From the NCBI GenBank assembly GCA_036172245.1, contig JAYWIR010000028.1, positions 2,294,001-2,358,000 of the forward strand: 64,000 nucleotides of DNA. Direction: 5' to 3'. Positions 13,506 to 23,869 of the stretch are shown here, piece after piece; position 1 is the stretch's first letter, and each line of letters opens with the position of its first letter. Made by a program: the position numbers and the translations under genes. The stretch is from Raillietiella orientalis. Lineage: Eukaryota. The notes under the pieces are model-generated. The model was not told the origin of the DNA. It was given only the letters and a program-made list of their open reading frames with translations, and made no database searches.

Positions 13506-13934
13506 TCCCCCTTATCTGCTAAGCTCTGGCAAGAGAACGCAGTGATTGCGCATCTACGACCCCCGCCGTCTTCATCCTCATGTCTTGTCCATCTTCTTGT
13601 TCTGTCCTTATGAGACTATGAAGTCATTTCCAAGAAAACTCTGCTCACATCCTGATCGGTCGGTCCTTTTTGGGGTGGCTCCTTCATCGGGTGCGCATCC
13701 CAATCTATGGGCCCAATTTATATCGCGGGCATATTGGATGTTAGAGGTAACTTCCCCTGAGGTGCCTCACTTTGTTGAGGTGCAGAGGGGGACCTGCAGC
13801 TCTCTCATCATCTTTTCATTTCTCAGGATCCTGATGAACCAACTTCTTGGAGCGCTTGAGCAGCCGTCGCCTGGATTTGTGCCTCCTCACTCCGTCGAAG
13901 ACCGAGACTCCTGCAAAGAGGCTGCGAGGCTCAT

Positions 13935-14220
13935 AGAAGGCGTTTTTGCTGCTCTTGGCCGGGAGAGGTAGGTAGGGGTTTCCTTGCTTTACTGGGCACT
14001 TCCGAAGACGTCAGGAATGTTCTTGAAGGGCCAGAGGACGTCCATGGTGACTGCTCTTTTTGGCATCGTTCCGATTTCAGCATATCGAGCGTGTACACAT
14101 GCGAAAGTACCGCATGCCACTCTTCTTCCCCCGAGTGGGACGAAGTCCAGACGGAGACGAGGGTGTGCGGAACTGTTCAGCAGACTCATTATTCCCGGGT
14201 GGTGGTGGTGGTGATGCCGT
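13935..14220 (-). mobile_element. Decayed RTE-type AP-endonuclease fragment
   Basis: HHPGIMSLLNSSAHP..LDFVPL..RVA (cf. H..GV.LML...A...L....P...RI), followed by SKNAFYE (cf. KD.FYE). Confidence 0.4.
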
Positions 14221-15580
14221 CCAACGCCCCGCCGGAAGATCTTCCGGACGCACCGATCAGGACACCTCTCAAAGGCGGCCGAGCACGAACCCACTCTAGC
14301 CTATTCGCCCGAGAAAGAAGACCAAGGTGTCGCAAAGTCGTTCCTTATTCCTTCCGTGCTCCATGCCGGAGGAGCGACCAAGAAGGATGGCCATCCTGGA
14401 CAAACGGTCTAACGTCCTTGGTCTAGCAGTGGCTGCGAGTTTTAGCCGAACTCACCTCGGCAAGTCCCCACCTCCGCAAGCGACACCTGCGCTCTTAAAC
14501 GTGCGCCGCGGCGGGCGCTTTCATCACTCACATCGAGAGCTGAGAGAAATCACCTTTTTGGTAGGAAAAAGAAAAAAGCCAACTTAGCAACATGGCTTAG
14601 CACTGCGTTCCGTGCAAGAGAAGCGCATCGATTTCCAGGCGAAGTCTGAGAGAAATAGCCGCCCAAGAGAGCTGATACCTTCCCCCTTTCCCCCCCTTAG
14701 CGGGCTCCAATTCTCATCGAAATTTGGAGAAGGTGCTTCTGGCCGGCGGGAGCTGCGCCATCTTGATCACCGAGCTTCTTCCAGGGAGGTTCTCGCTTCT
14801 TCTTTCCCTCATCTTTCTGCACCTCCGGAAACGCGGGTCGAGAAAGCTCGTCCGTCTGAATCCCGGCCTTGCCAGGAAACAGGATTCCCCGTCGTTTCAA
14901 GGCGAATCCCTCCCTCGCCTCGTGGAAAGAAAATTTTTCCTGCCGTTTCATTCCTTCCCTCCGATTCAGACCGCAGTGCTTCCTTTGACGAGCAGGATGA
15001 GTGGGCAGTCGGCGAGGTGGCTCTCGATTCATGCCACGCTCAGATGGCCAGAATATTTGTCGTGGCGGTCGTTTCTTCCCCCCTTCCCGTTTTCAAGGCG
15101 CAGCAGCCACGTCAAAGCCAAAGAGGCTGCAGGACGCATCGCGCCGCGAAGAGCCCGCCTGGATTCATGCCTCCTCTCCATCCCTCGGAGCCCAAGGCCG
15201 CAGTAGAGCCACAGTTGGTGCACCCGGGGGCCCACGCGGAGCAGAAATCGATGAGAGGTGAGGCCAACCCTGATCCCCGGCAGAGGGTCAGCCTGTTCGA
15301 GGGAATTTGTTCCGCCGAAAGAGCCTTCTGCGGGGAGATCTTGAGGCGCGCCGCAGAGGGCGTTGCTGCTCTTGGCGTGGAGCTGCAGAGGCAGTATCAC
15401 CCTCCGCCTGCGGAGCTGCTCCTCACTCTGAGTCGTCCGGGCGCGCGCTTCCACGGCAGCGCGCCGTGACGCCGCCGTGTCAACGGTGCACTGGGGAAGA
15501 CGGGCCGGGAAGCTCCTCCCCTCGTTCGGGGCCGAGAAGAGTCCTCGGACAGGACCCTCGAGGGCAGCTGGAGTCACCTT

Positions 15581-15586
15581 TTTATT
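15581..15586 (-). terminator. Candidate polyadenylation signal AATAAA for Emx mRNA
   Basis: tttatt on + reads AATAAA on -, about 190 nt downstream of the stop codon. It is the first such hexamer I see after the stop. Confidence 0.45.
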
Positions 15587-15776
15587 CGTCTCAAAGAGAT
15601 AACGCGTATTGCACGCTCCGGATTTTCCGATCCCATTGCACGTTTCTTGAGTCGGAGGAGCACACGCGGTGCCCGCGGCCTTCTGGACTGCTCCCGGGAA
15701 ACAATCTCTCCCGATCTCCGGAGGCCCGGGGAGCTGTCCCGCCAACCTGGATCCCAGCGTCTTGTCCGGAGACATC

Positions 15777-15938
15777 TCAGACGTTGTCGGACAAGGCGCC
15801 ACCTAACTCGTCTTCTTTCTCGTCGTCGTAACCGACCGGAGAGGAGCTCTTCTGCCCGCTGGTCGTCGGTCGTGCGTCGTTCTCTTCCTGCTGCACCCGC
15901 TTGTGTTTGGTCCTCCGGTTCTGGAACCACACTTTCAC
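15777..15938 (-). CDS. ems: Emx/ems coding exon 3 (recognition helix and acidic C-terminus)
   Basis: The ttgcag acceptor is followed by VKVWFQNRRTKHKRVQQEENDARPTTSGQKSSSPVGYDDEKEDELGGALSDNV and TGA at 15779-15777. It completes the homeodomain in frame with exon 2. The ORF track misses this frame. Confidence 0.97.
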   Translation of the reverse strand: MKVWFQNRRTKHKRVQQEENDARPTTSGQKSSSPVGYDDEKEDELGGALSDNV

Positions 15939-18900
15939 CTGCAAGTACAGGAGGAGGTGGATTCAGTTTTCTCGCAGAGGGGGAGTGGGACCTCTCCCCT
16001 GAGCTCGTGGCGCTGCCCCGCCGGGTAGCGACTCTCGCGGGTCAAAAGAAGGAGAGAGGAAGGAGAATCGATTTCTCGGAACGAATCGTGGAGAAAGGGC
16101 AGCAGGAGAGAGAGGGAATTCCGAATGAGCGCGAAGCGCTCCACCTCGCCGTGCATCTCACGTTCTTGGCAACGCCATGGTGCGTGAAGGCTCATCTCAG
16201 AGTCAGATGGCATCCACTCGCCCGCCCTTCCGTGCTGTCAGCGGGAAATCCTTTCAAGCTCCTCAAGGAGGGCTTGGAGGGTACTTTCCCTCCCGGGGAG
16301 AAGTTGGCTGCCGGAGTCGAAGTTTCGCCGGAGACTTTTTGAATGGCAGAGATTCCTTCGGAGCGGAAGAGACCAACGAGAGGGTCATCGGTTCCTGGGT
16401 CATTTCCATCTCTCCCCCCAACGTCTGAGGCTGCATCCACAAGCGCTAGGGGCAGTTCACGGAAAAGGAGCAGAGCTTCTCCCTCGGCCGGAGGACACCT
16501 CGCCCTTCCCCCCTCCCTGTTATTCGAATCCTCGGAATTTCCACCCAACTCACTCCCGGGAGGGATCTTCCTCCTGAACGAAGCACAGTCGAGGCGGTCA
16601 GGTCGACCTTTCCAGAGCTTCCGGAAGCGACCAGAGCCCGCCATTCCTTCCCTACGGCGCGCAGGCGAATGGACGGAAAGGGTGCACCTTTTCCATGGGG
16701 CGCCAAAGAAGCGAATGGGAGACCTGCTTGATCCGGCGGCGACTTTGACATTCCCTTCCTGGACCAGTGGTCTTCGTCCACCTTATACTCCATCCAGGGG
16801 CACTCGGGAGCGCCTCTTCCTTCTTCCCTCACCTGTCCACGTAAGTCAGGAGATGACATGAGTCTGCCTGCACCCTCCTTCCGGAAAGCCAGCAGGTTAC
16901 TCGCCTGTAACTGTCCGTAGGAAAGGACCGATCTCTAGTCGACAGCGGAGAGGACGGAGAGGGTAGTGAACAGCCCACGGGCTCACGGGAGATACCCTTC
17001 GCCGTGTGGCCAGCCTCGCTTTGGCAGCGACAGACGAGGGCTTCCGACCGAGCCACTCGATCGCTCCGATCCAGGAGTTCTTTGCTCGCCTGACCGGACC
17101 TACGATGGTGGCAGGAGGGAGCTGAGAGAAGGAGAGAACCTCGCAGGCAGCTCCGCTAGGGAGAGCGAAAAACGAGCCATGCGCGACCGGCGGAGAGGCG
17201 TGGAGAAATCAGCAGGGCGACGGCAGCAGCGGAACTGCGCTAGCGGACGGGGTAACTCTGTCTATCGACTCGCCTGACGAGAGGCTTCGGCTCTTCGTGT
17301 CACATGACCATTGCCCCCCATCGGACCCTGGCTTCAGGATACGATTTCCCATCGCTCGCTGCTCCCCTCCATGTGTGCGTTTATTGAGAGACGAGCGGGT
17401 TGCAGGTAAAGAGGCGGTCCGGAAGGGGAAACGATCGCCCAAGCTTGACCACAGAGCGGACGTTGCCCAAGGGACACGGTGATGTCGGTGTAGACTCTGG
17501 ACAGTCGCCGAGGATCACCTGGGACACGTGCCGATGTCTACGGCTGGGGGCGCGCGCACTCCACCTACGAGCCGTCATCCCCGCTGGTCTCGCTGGACCT
17601 ACTGGAACGGGACTTCCGCTCCCACTGCTTGTAGTCGGTGCCTCGTCTCCAGGCAGAGGACAGGCATGGGTAATCCACGCAGCGAGGGGGGGAGGACGGG
17701 ACATTGACAGCGGACAGCTGCCTTTCTTCTCACTCGCTTTTGGTCCACTGCATGCGCGTCTGGAAGAAACTCATGGGATTCCGGAAACGCAAGACTCTGC
17801 ATCTCTGCACCAAATTTCCTCAGCTTCTTGCAAACCCAAACCCAAAAAAAAGGGGAGGAGAGAGGAGCAACACCATCGCCCTCGGCGTGTGCTCATAGGG
17901 ATGGTGCCGAGCACCTTCCCTTCCCTCGGAACTATGGAAGGGGGGAGAGGAACAAAGAAAAAAAATTCCGAAATTTTCTGTGCGATTGTTCCGGAAAATC
18001 CTTTCCTTCGGAACGGTCCCGCGACGCTTCCGAGCGGTTGACGGTGGCAACCACTGGCAATCCTTCCGTATGACTTGGAAGCTGTGGTTTTCTTCTTCAT
18101 GATGCGAAAGATGGAAGAAGAAGCAGGTGGGAAGTTTCCCGGACGTGCAGCCTCCGCTCTTAGGGAGGGAGGGAGACGCAGTTCGGTTCAGTTCTTCTGA
18201 CGTCATCCCTCTCGCGAATCTCTCCCCTTCGCCAGGGAGGCGCATCCGGGAATCGCGCGGTCGTGGAGCGCTCGGGGAGCCCTGAGAGAGACGCCAGCTT
18301 TCAGCAAATAGCGCGTTCCTTCCTCCGGGACTGCCTTCATCCCTGGAGCCACGAGAGGAGACCGCGGCTGGCGCCGCCAGACGACAGGGAGTGCAATGTG
18401 TCTCCCGGAGCGCGGAAGGACACCCTCCACCCGAGATCAATGTCCAATACGATCTTGCGATTCCCGATGAGTTCGCGGACACTCCCTGCCAGGTGAGAAG
18501 GGCCGCTTCCTACTCTGCCCTCCTTCCCTCCTCCCGGACCAGCCGTTCTCGGGTCGGCCGCAGGCTGGAACCCTCCGAAACCTATGCGCTGGGTTTTTCC
18601 CGGAGCGCGGCCCTCTTGAGACTGGAAGGGACTCTGCTGCGTCACTCTTCCTCTCTTCTTCCTTCTGACCCTTCATTCTCTGAGGTCCTCCCGTACCCTC
18701 AGCTCCAACTCGCCCCCCTTCGGCGTCCTTTGCCGCTCACGGAAGTGCTCCCCTGCATGGACCAGTGATCCTCCTATAGCCGGGAGGCATGGACGGTAAG
18801 CAGAGGAAGGGCCAGTCGACCGTTGGCAGCCGTGCCTGACTCCTGAGGCGAGGTTTGGGAGTTTCCGAATGCCTTCCCGCTTGACGAAGGGCTGGAGATG

Positions 18901-20469
18901 GCGAGATGGAGCGGCTCCGTGCCTGGCGTCCCAGAGCCGCCTGGCGGATGCTGCCCTTGCGACTGGTCGGCACTCGCTGCAGGGCTCGTTCTTTCTCCGC
19001 GCACGCGTGTTCCTGCCCCTGTCCAACTTGGGAGCGCCTCCACTCCGACGGCTTGGCCTAGCAGTGCAGCCGCGTCCGAACCTTTCCGCTGCGGGGTCAC
19101 AGGCAGGTCGCGGCGCCTCCAAGTGGGCAATCACGATGGAGCTCGCTACCTCACCAGCGGCGCAGAGTGGAAGTGGGAAGGGGAGCAATTCCGGCAAGCC
19201 GATCCCACCAGCATTCGCGTCCACGGGCAAAGGAAGGAATCAGCGTCGTGGGAAAGCCTTGGTGCGCTTCCCTTCCTGAGTCACGGCTGGGGTCCACGAG
19301 GCCGCCGCCAAGTGCCTCAGATGCGTCTTCTGGGAGGAAAAAGAGCTAAGAGGGAAGTGACAACACCTTTCCCCCCCTTCTTCCTTCCTCCTTTTCTCCC
19401 CATAGGGAACGTGGCCGCGAGAGCAGATACGCGGACGACTCGGATGCTGTCGTTCGGGAAAACCACAGAGAGAAGGCAGAAGCAGCGTCTCCGAGGAGGG
19501 GCAAAAACGAGGTTGCAGTGGATCGGAAGGGTTGGAGGCACCTTTCGGGTGTTCTTCGAGACTCCGGGATTCTTGGAGATGCCCGATTTTTCCTTTTTGC
19601 TCTGTAAGAATGAGGGCGGGGCCCCTGACGGGGGGAGGGGCTGCCTCTTCGGTAGGTCGGTAGAAAGAGAGTGATGGATACTGATCCTGGGGCTGCGAGG
19701 ATGGCCTCCGTTGCCCGCCTTGGACGCAACCACTCGCAAGGAATAGGAAGGCCTCTGCCTCAGAGCTGCGCGAAGAAGAAGGGTGGCTCTTCGGGGGAGG
19801 GTGGACATTTGGGGTCGCCTCACTCCGGGAACAGTGTTCAAGAAACCGGAGGATGGGGTTCTCCCTGATCTGCTCGCGGGGCTGGTGTCTCCGGAAAAAC
19901 GAAAGGTTGGCACCTGGAACGGAACGGACGAAGGCGCCACGTAGCCGCAGAAGACCTGTTTCATCCACCATCTACTCCCCTGATCACGGATCCTCCGGAG
20001 ATGGTCAGTAGCGATCTTCAGTGGAGAGGAGGAAGAGAGGAAGTGAGGTCGAGGAGGAAAGCAGGAGGAGGAAGCGAACGGTGTGGAACAGCCATCGGAA
20101 GGACTCTGAGTAGGAGAACGAGCAGATCCCCTCTGGCGCTCTGGCGGCGGAAGGGTGCCGGCGCCAGAGGGGATGGACCAGGCAAATTTTCGGATGCCCT
20201 TTGACCATGCCGGGAGACACTGAAGAGATGGGACAGAACTTTCCTTGCTGATGGGGGTCACCCGGACCGAGTCTCAAGGGGAGCCGCTTTGCTTGCCCGC
20301 CTGTGCCCCTGCTCCCGGACGGACCCGCCGAAGCATGCCGGTCACGAACATGTGGCGAACGCGAGGGGAGTCAGGAAAAGGGCGTGGCAGACCGCTCTCG
20401 CAGGAGAGGGCGGCGCGGTCGCCCCACTCGGGGCCGCCGCGGAAGGAGGGTCCCTGGCCCAGGGCTCAC
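15939..20469 (-). other. Emx intron 2 (4531 bp, phase 0, GT-AG) within the homeobox between ETQ and VKVWFQN
   Basis: gtgagc donor and ttgcag acceptor; this Q/V position is a common conserved intron site in ANTP-class homeoboxes including Emx. Confidence 0.95.
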
Positions 20470-20639
20470 CTGAGTCTCCGACAGCCCGAGGTTGTCGGCC
20501 AGCTGCTTCCTCTCCGTGCCGACCACGTAGTGGTTCTTCTCGAACGCCTGCTCCAGCTTCAGCAGCTGCCCGGGACTGAAGGCGGTCCGGATGCGCTTGG
20601 GCTTCCGGAAGGGCTGGAGAAGGAATCCCGGGGGCTGGG
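20470..20639 (-). CDS. ems: Emx/ems coding exon 2 (homeodomain helices 1-2 and start of helix 3)
   Basis: Polypyrimidine tract plus catcag acceptor. A phase-1 join gives [57 protein letters not shown], a diagnostic Emx-family homeodomain. The exon ends CAG|gtgagc (phase-0 donor). Confidence 0.97.
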
Positions 20640-23013
20640 CTGATGCGGCAGAAAGACGGAAGGAGGTCAGTCCGGGAAGGTCAGCCGCGAATATCAGCAC
20701 CCCTTCCCTCACCCTCGCGCGCGCGCACAGTGGACCCCTCCACGACCTCAAGGGCAGGGCAATCTTTCCAGAAGGAAGCCTCCTGCCGCTTGGAGGGAGT
20801 GGGAGCACCCTTCCTCGTGTTCCCCCGTGCTCCCGCAGACTGTAGGCGAGGGACAGGCAGAGACATTCCTCATGACCTCCCGCTCCCGCGATGTGGATGA
20901 CGTATCCTGGCAACCTCCCACGTGGTGCGCCAGGAGGAGCCCCCTTCTGTCCCCTGCAAGAACTGAGGGCCGAGTACATCCGGCTCGGAATTGCATGGGC
21001 TGACAACCTCCGGACGTCTCTTCACGCAGCCAGGCTGCCCCCCCTGCTCTTCGCGACCCCAGGGGAGCACGCCCTTCTTCAGGACCCGTCCCCGTATTCG
21101 GGCTCTCGTGCGGGTGGCGGGCGGACCGGTAGGGAGGGACATCCCCCTCAGCCCTAAGGTTCTACAGCTCTTCATCCTACCCTCCCTTACTCACACCCTC
21201 TCTCTGCTCTAGGGGACAGGGAATCGCGCGTTGCGGCTTCTTGAGCGACAAGGTGGACAGCGAGGTCCTACAGAAAGGGAGAAGGCCCACCTCTTGCACC
21301 CCTACTCCGCGCGCTCGCTCACCAGCATCGCTGCGGGGGACAGCGAAGGGGCGCTTGTCCGGGAAGAACAAGGTTCGACTCCGCCACTTTCCCTTGCGTC
21401 GAGTACGGTCCCCAGGGGATGGAGAGCGGGTATACAGGGGGTCGTCGATTGCTCCGGACGGGCAATGCAGGGGGACTCCTTTAAGAAGGGGTTGGTTCCC
21501 TTCTTCCCTCCCTATCTAGGGTGAAGAGGGTCGACCTAGCACCCTCGGGACCGATGGTCCTTTCGACTTTGGAGATCGCGAACTTGAGGGCGCTGGCGGA
21601 TTCTTGCTGGGCGTTTGGCCCGACGCAGTCCTTAGCCTGGGAGGCAGGCCCTCCCCTCGAGTTGCTACTCGGCGACAGGTGCCCGCGGCTGGTGGTCCCG
21701 TTTGCCTTCGCCCCGAGCTAGAATGGACGCCGGGTCATGTCCCCGGGCTTGAGAGAGCTCTGCGCGTGAGAGTCTTCGTTGGGGCGGGGCAGGAGCGGAA
21801 GAAAGGCCAGTGGATTCCGCCAAGGATGGGATCCACACTCTCCGGGCCGCCTAGATAACTCGACCCGGAGGACCCGAGCATAAGATTGGCAAGCTTGTCC
21901 TTCGCTTGGATGGAACCCGCTGCTGCCACGGGCAACAGGTTTCCTCTCTGTGACGGGATGGGTAACCCCGTACCGGAGGATCTCCGGATTGGGAAATAGG
22001 AGCCGACAGAACGGGTGCTCGGGCAACTCGAGAAGCGACAGCTCTTTTGGGGGCTATGCCGGGAGATGTGCGGTCGCCTTCCCCTCTCCGCTTCCCTGAG
22101 GGAATGTCCTCTCCCAGGAGAGCTGCGGTCCCGGGATGCCTCGTTGGATAGCGGGCTTTCGGGAGCCACTGCTCTGGGGCTCCGACCAGAGAGCAGCGGC
22201 AAGGGGGAAGTCTGCCCGGGTAGCGGCGGTAGGGGTCAAGGAGGGAAGGGAACCACAGCGTGCGTGGACCATGGAAAGGCGGGGAGCGGAAAGGGGAGAG
22301 GAGAGAGCGAGAGCGCACCTCCCGTTGTCAGGCAACCCCTCCTTTCAGAGTTGCATAATGAAGGCGTTTATTGCCCGCCGCGCACCTGCGCTAATTGGAA
22401 ACTCCCAGGTGCCGCGGGTCGAACTCCCTCCGGCGCGTTTGGCGCCTTGGCGCGCCCCCCCATCCGCCCGCCCAGGGACGACGGTGCCCTCTCCGCAGCA
22501 GGCTCATTACCCTTCCCTTTCGGGATACCGAAAAAAAGTGGGGGTTTCTGTTGCACGCCCCCTCTCAGGCGTGCTGTTCGTCCCGCCCATGGGCACGGGC
22601 AGATGGAAAAGGCGCTCCGGCGCAGGGGGAGGGCAGGGGGGCGTTAAGGTGCGAGGGGTGCGAGGTGCGGCGCCAGCTCCACGCCATGCGTTCAGGGATA
22701 CATCGGGCTCGCCACAGGCAGGGGAAGGGTCGTCACCGCGGCAACGCCGCCGCGATGCTTTCGGCGCAGCGCGGCCGACGAGCGCGTCCGCCCCAAGCCC
22801 CCTGTGGGCCTCTCTTCAGTTCCCTCGGGAGTGAGAGGGCACGCTGGGAGTTGCCCGTCCCTTAATCCTCCTCGTGAGCGCCCGCCTCCCACTTCCCTCG
22901 GAGGAGCAGCCTGTCGCGCCCGCGAGCGAGGGGCCGTGCGGCGGAGGAGGGACAGCGGCGACTTAGGGATGGTCAAGAGCGCCCGAGGAAGGGCGCCCCG
23001 TCCCCCTCCTTAC
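20640..23013 (-). other. Emx intron 1 (2374 bp, phase 1, GT-AG)
   Basis: gtaagg donor and catcag acceptor; reading frame is preserved across the junction. Confidence 0.88.
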
Positions 23014-23638
23014 CTGCCAGCGGGTGGGTGAAGATCCTTCCTTGCCTGGAGAGCAGCCACAGGGGGTACTCCCTGGAGTGGGGGAATTGGGGCGCCCGGA
23101 CGAGCATCCCGGGGAGGTTGACGGCGCCGTAGCCCATCGCTGGGGGTATCAAGAAGCCCGCAGGGCTTGGGAACGTGGGGAGGGGATAGCCGGGATATGG
23201 CTGGCCGTGACCCGGGAAGGCCCCCGGCCCCACGAGCACCTCGGCGAAGGGGAACTTGTCCTGTGCGGATGGCAGGAGGCGCCCATGGGGGGCCGCCGCC
23301 CCTAGACGTTCGAAGTAAGCGGCCTCGGCGGGATCGTGGTCGTTCGGGGGGGGCAGGAGCAGCGCCCCTGGGGGGGTTGAGGAGTGTTCCAGAGGCACGG
23401 GGGGGGGATTGACCCTGCTGTTGAAGGAGCATGTCTTGCGCAGGTCGACGAGGTCCGCCGCCACCGTGCCCTTGCCCTGTGGTGGCGGCGCCAATGGCGG
23501 GGAGGGTGAAGGGCCGCCCTGCAGGAGTCGCAACCCGCTGCTGTGATCCTCCCCCTTGGCTTCTCCCTCGAGCCTGTCCGACCCCACGATGGAATCGATG
23601 GAGAAGCCTATCCTGGACCGGGCGGCCGCGGTTGCCAT
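23014..23638 (-). CDS. ems: Emx/empty spiracles homeobox gene, coding exon 1 (208 codons + 1 nt)
   Basis: ATG at 23638 gives MATAAARSRIGFSIDSIVG, which contains an eh1-type FSIDSIVG motif typical of Emx N-termini. A Pro/Gly-rich region follows, then YPLWLL near the end. The exon ends GCA G|gtaagg (canonical phase-1 donor at 23013). Confidence 0.9.
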
Positions 23639-23651
23639 CGGGGAGCTCACG

Positions 23652-23726
23652 TCACACGGCGGCGGTTGCCATCGCGACGGGCAGCGGGTCCCGCTGTCTG
23701 CCAGTGTTGGCCGCCAGCCTCGGCAT
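23652..23726 (-). other. Upstream ORF in the Emx leader (MPRLAANTGRQRDPLPVAMATAAV*, with an internal in-frame ATG at 23672)
   Basis: ATGs at 23726 and 23672 share a frame and stop at TGA 23654-23652, 13 nt before the main ATG and out of frame with it. Confidence 0.55.
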
Positions 23727-23864
23727 CGGAGCGACTGCCTGCCGCTGCCACGAGAGCCGGCAGGGGCGCGGCGCTGCCGTCGGCTACAGAGGCGGAGCCT
23801 CAGTCGGCGAGGGACGTCCCTTCATCGGCCGCGGACGGGTGCGCGCGGCGCCCCGCGCTCTCCG

Positions 23865-23869
23865 ATTGG
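23865..23869 (-). promoter_or_regulatory. CCAAT box in the putative Emx proximal promoter (CpG-rich region)
   Basis: ACCAATCGG on -, about 230 nt upstream of the ATG in a very GC/CpG-rich region. The TSS is not known. Confidence 0.35.

Noticed and set aside
20635..20639. Alternative acceptor cccag, 5 nt inside exon 2
   Set aside because: It would frameshift the homeodomain, and there is no evidence of use.
20371..21006. ORF-track protein containing a partial homeodomain, as a standalone gene
   Set aside because: Only 20639-20470 is exonic; the rest is intron read-through.
23639..23650. GTG start extending Emx (MSSP...)
   Set aside because: Artifact of alternative-start ORF calling; the first in-frame ATG is at 23638.
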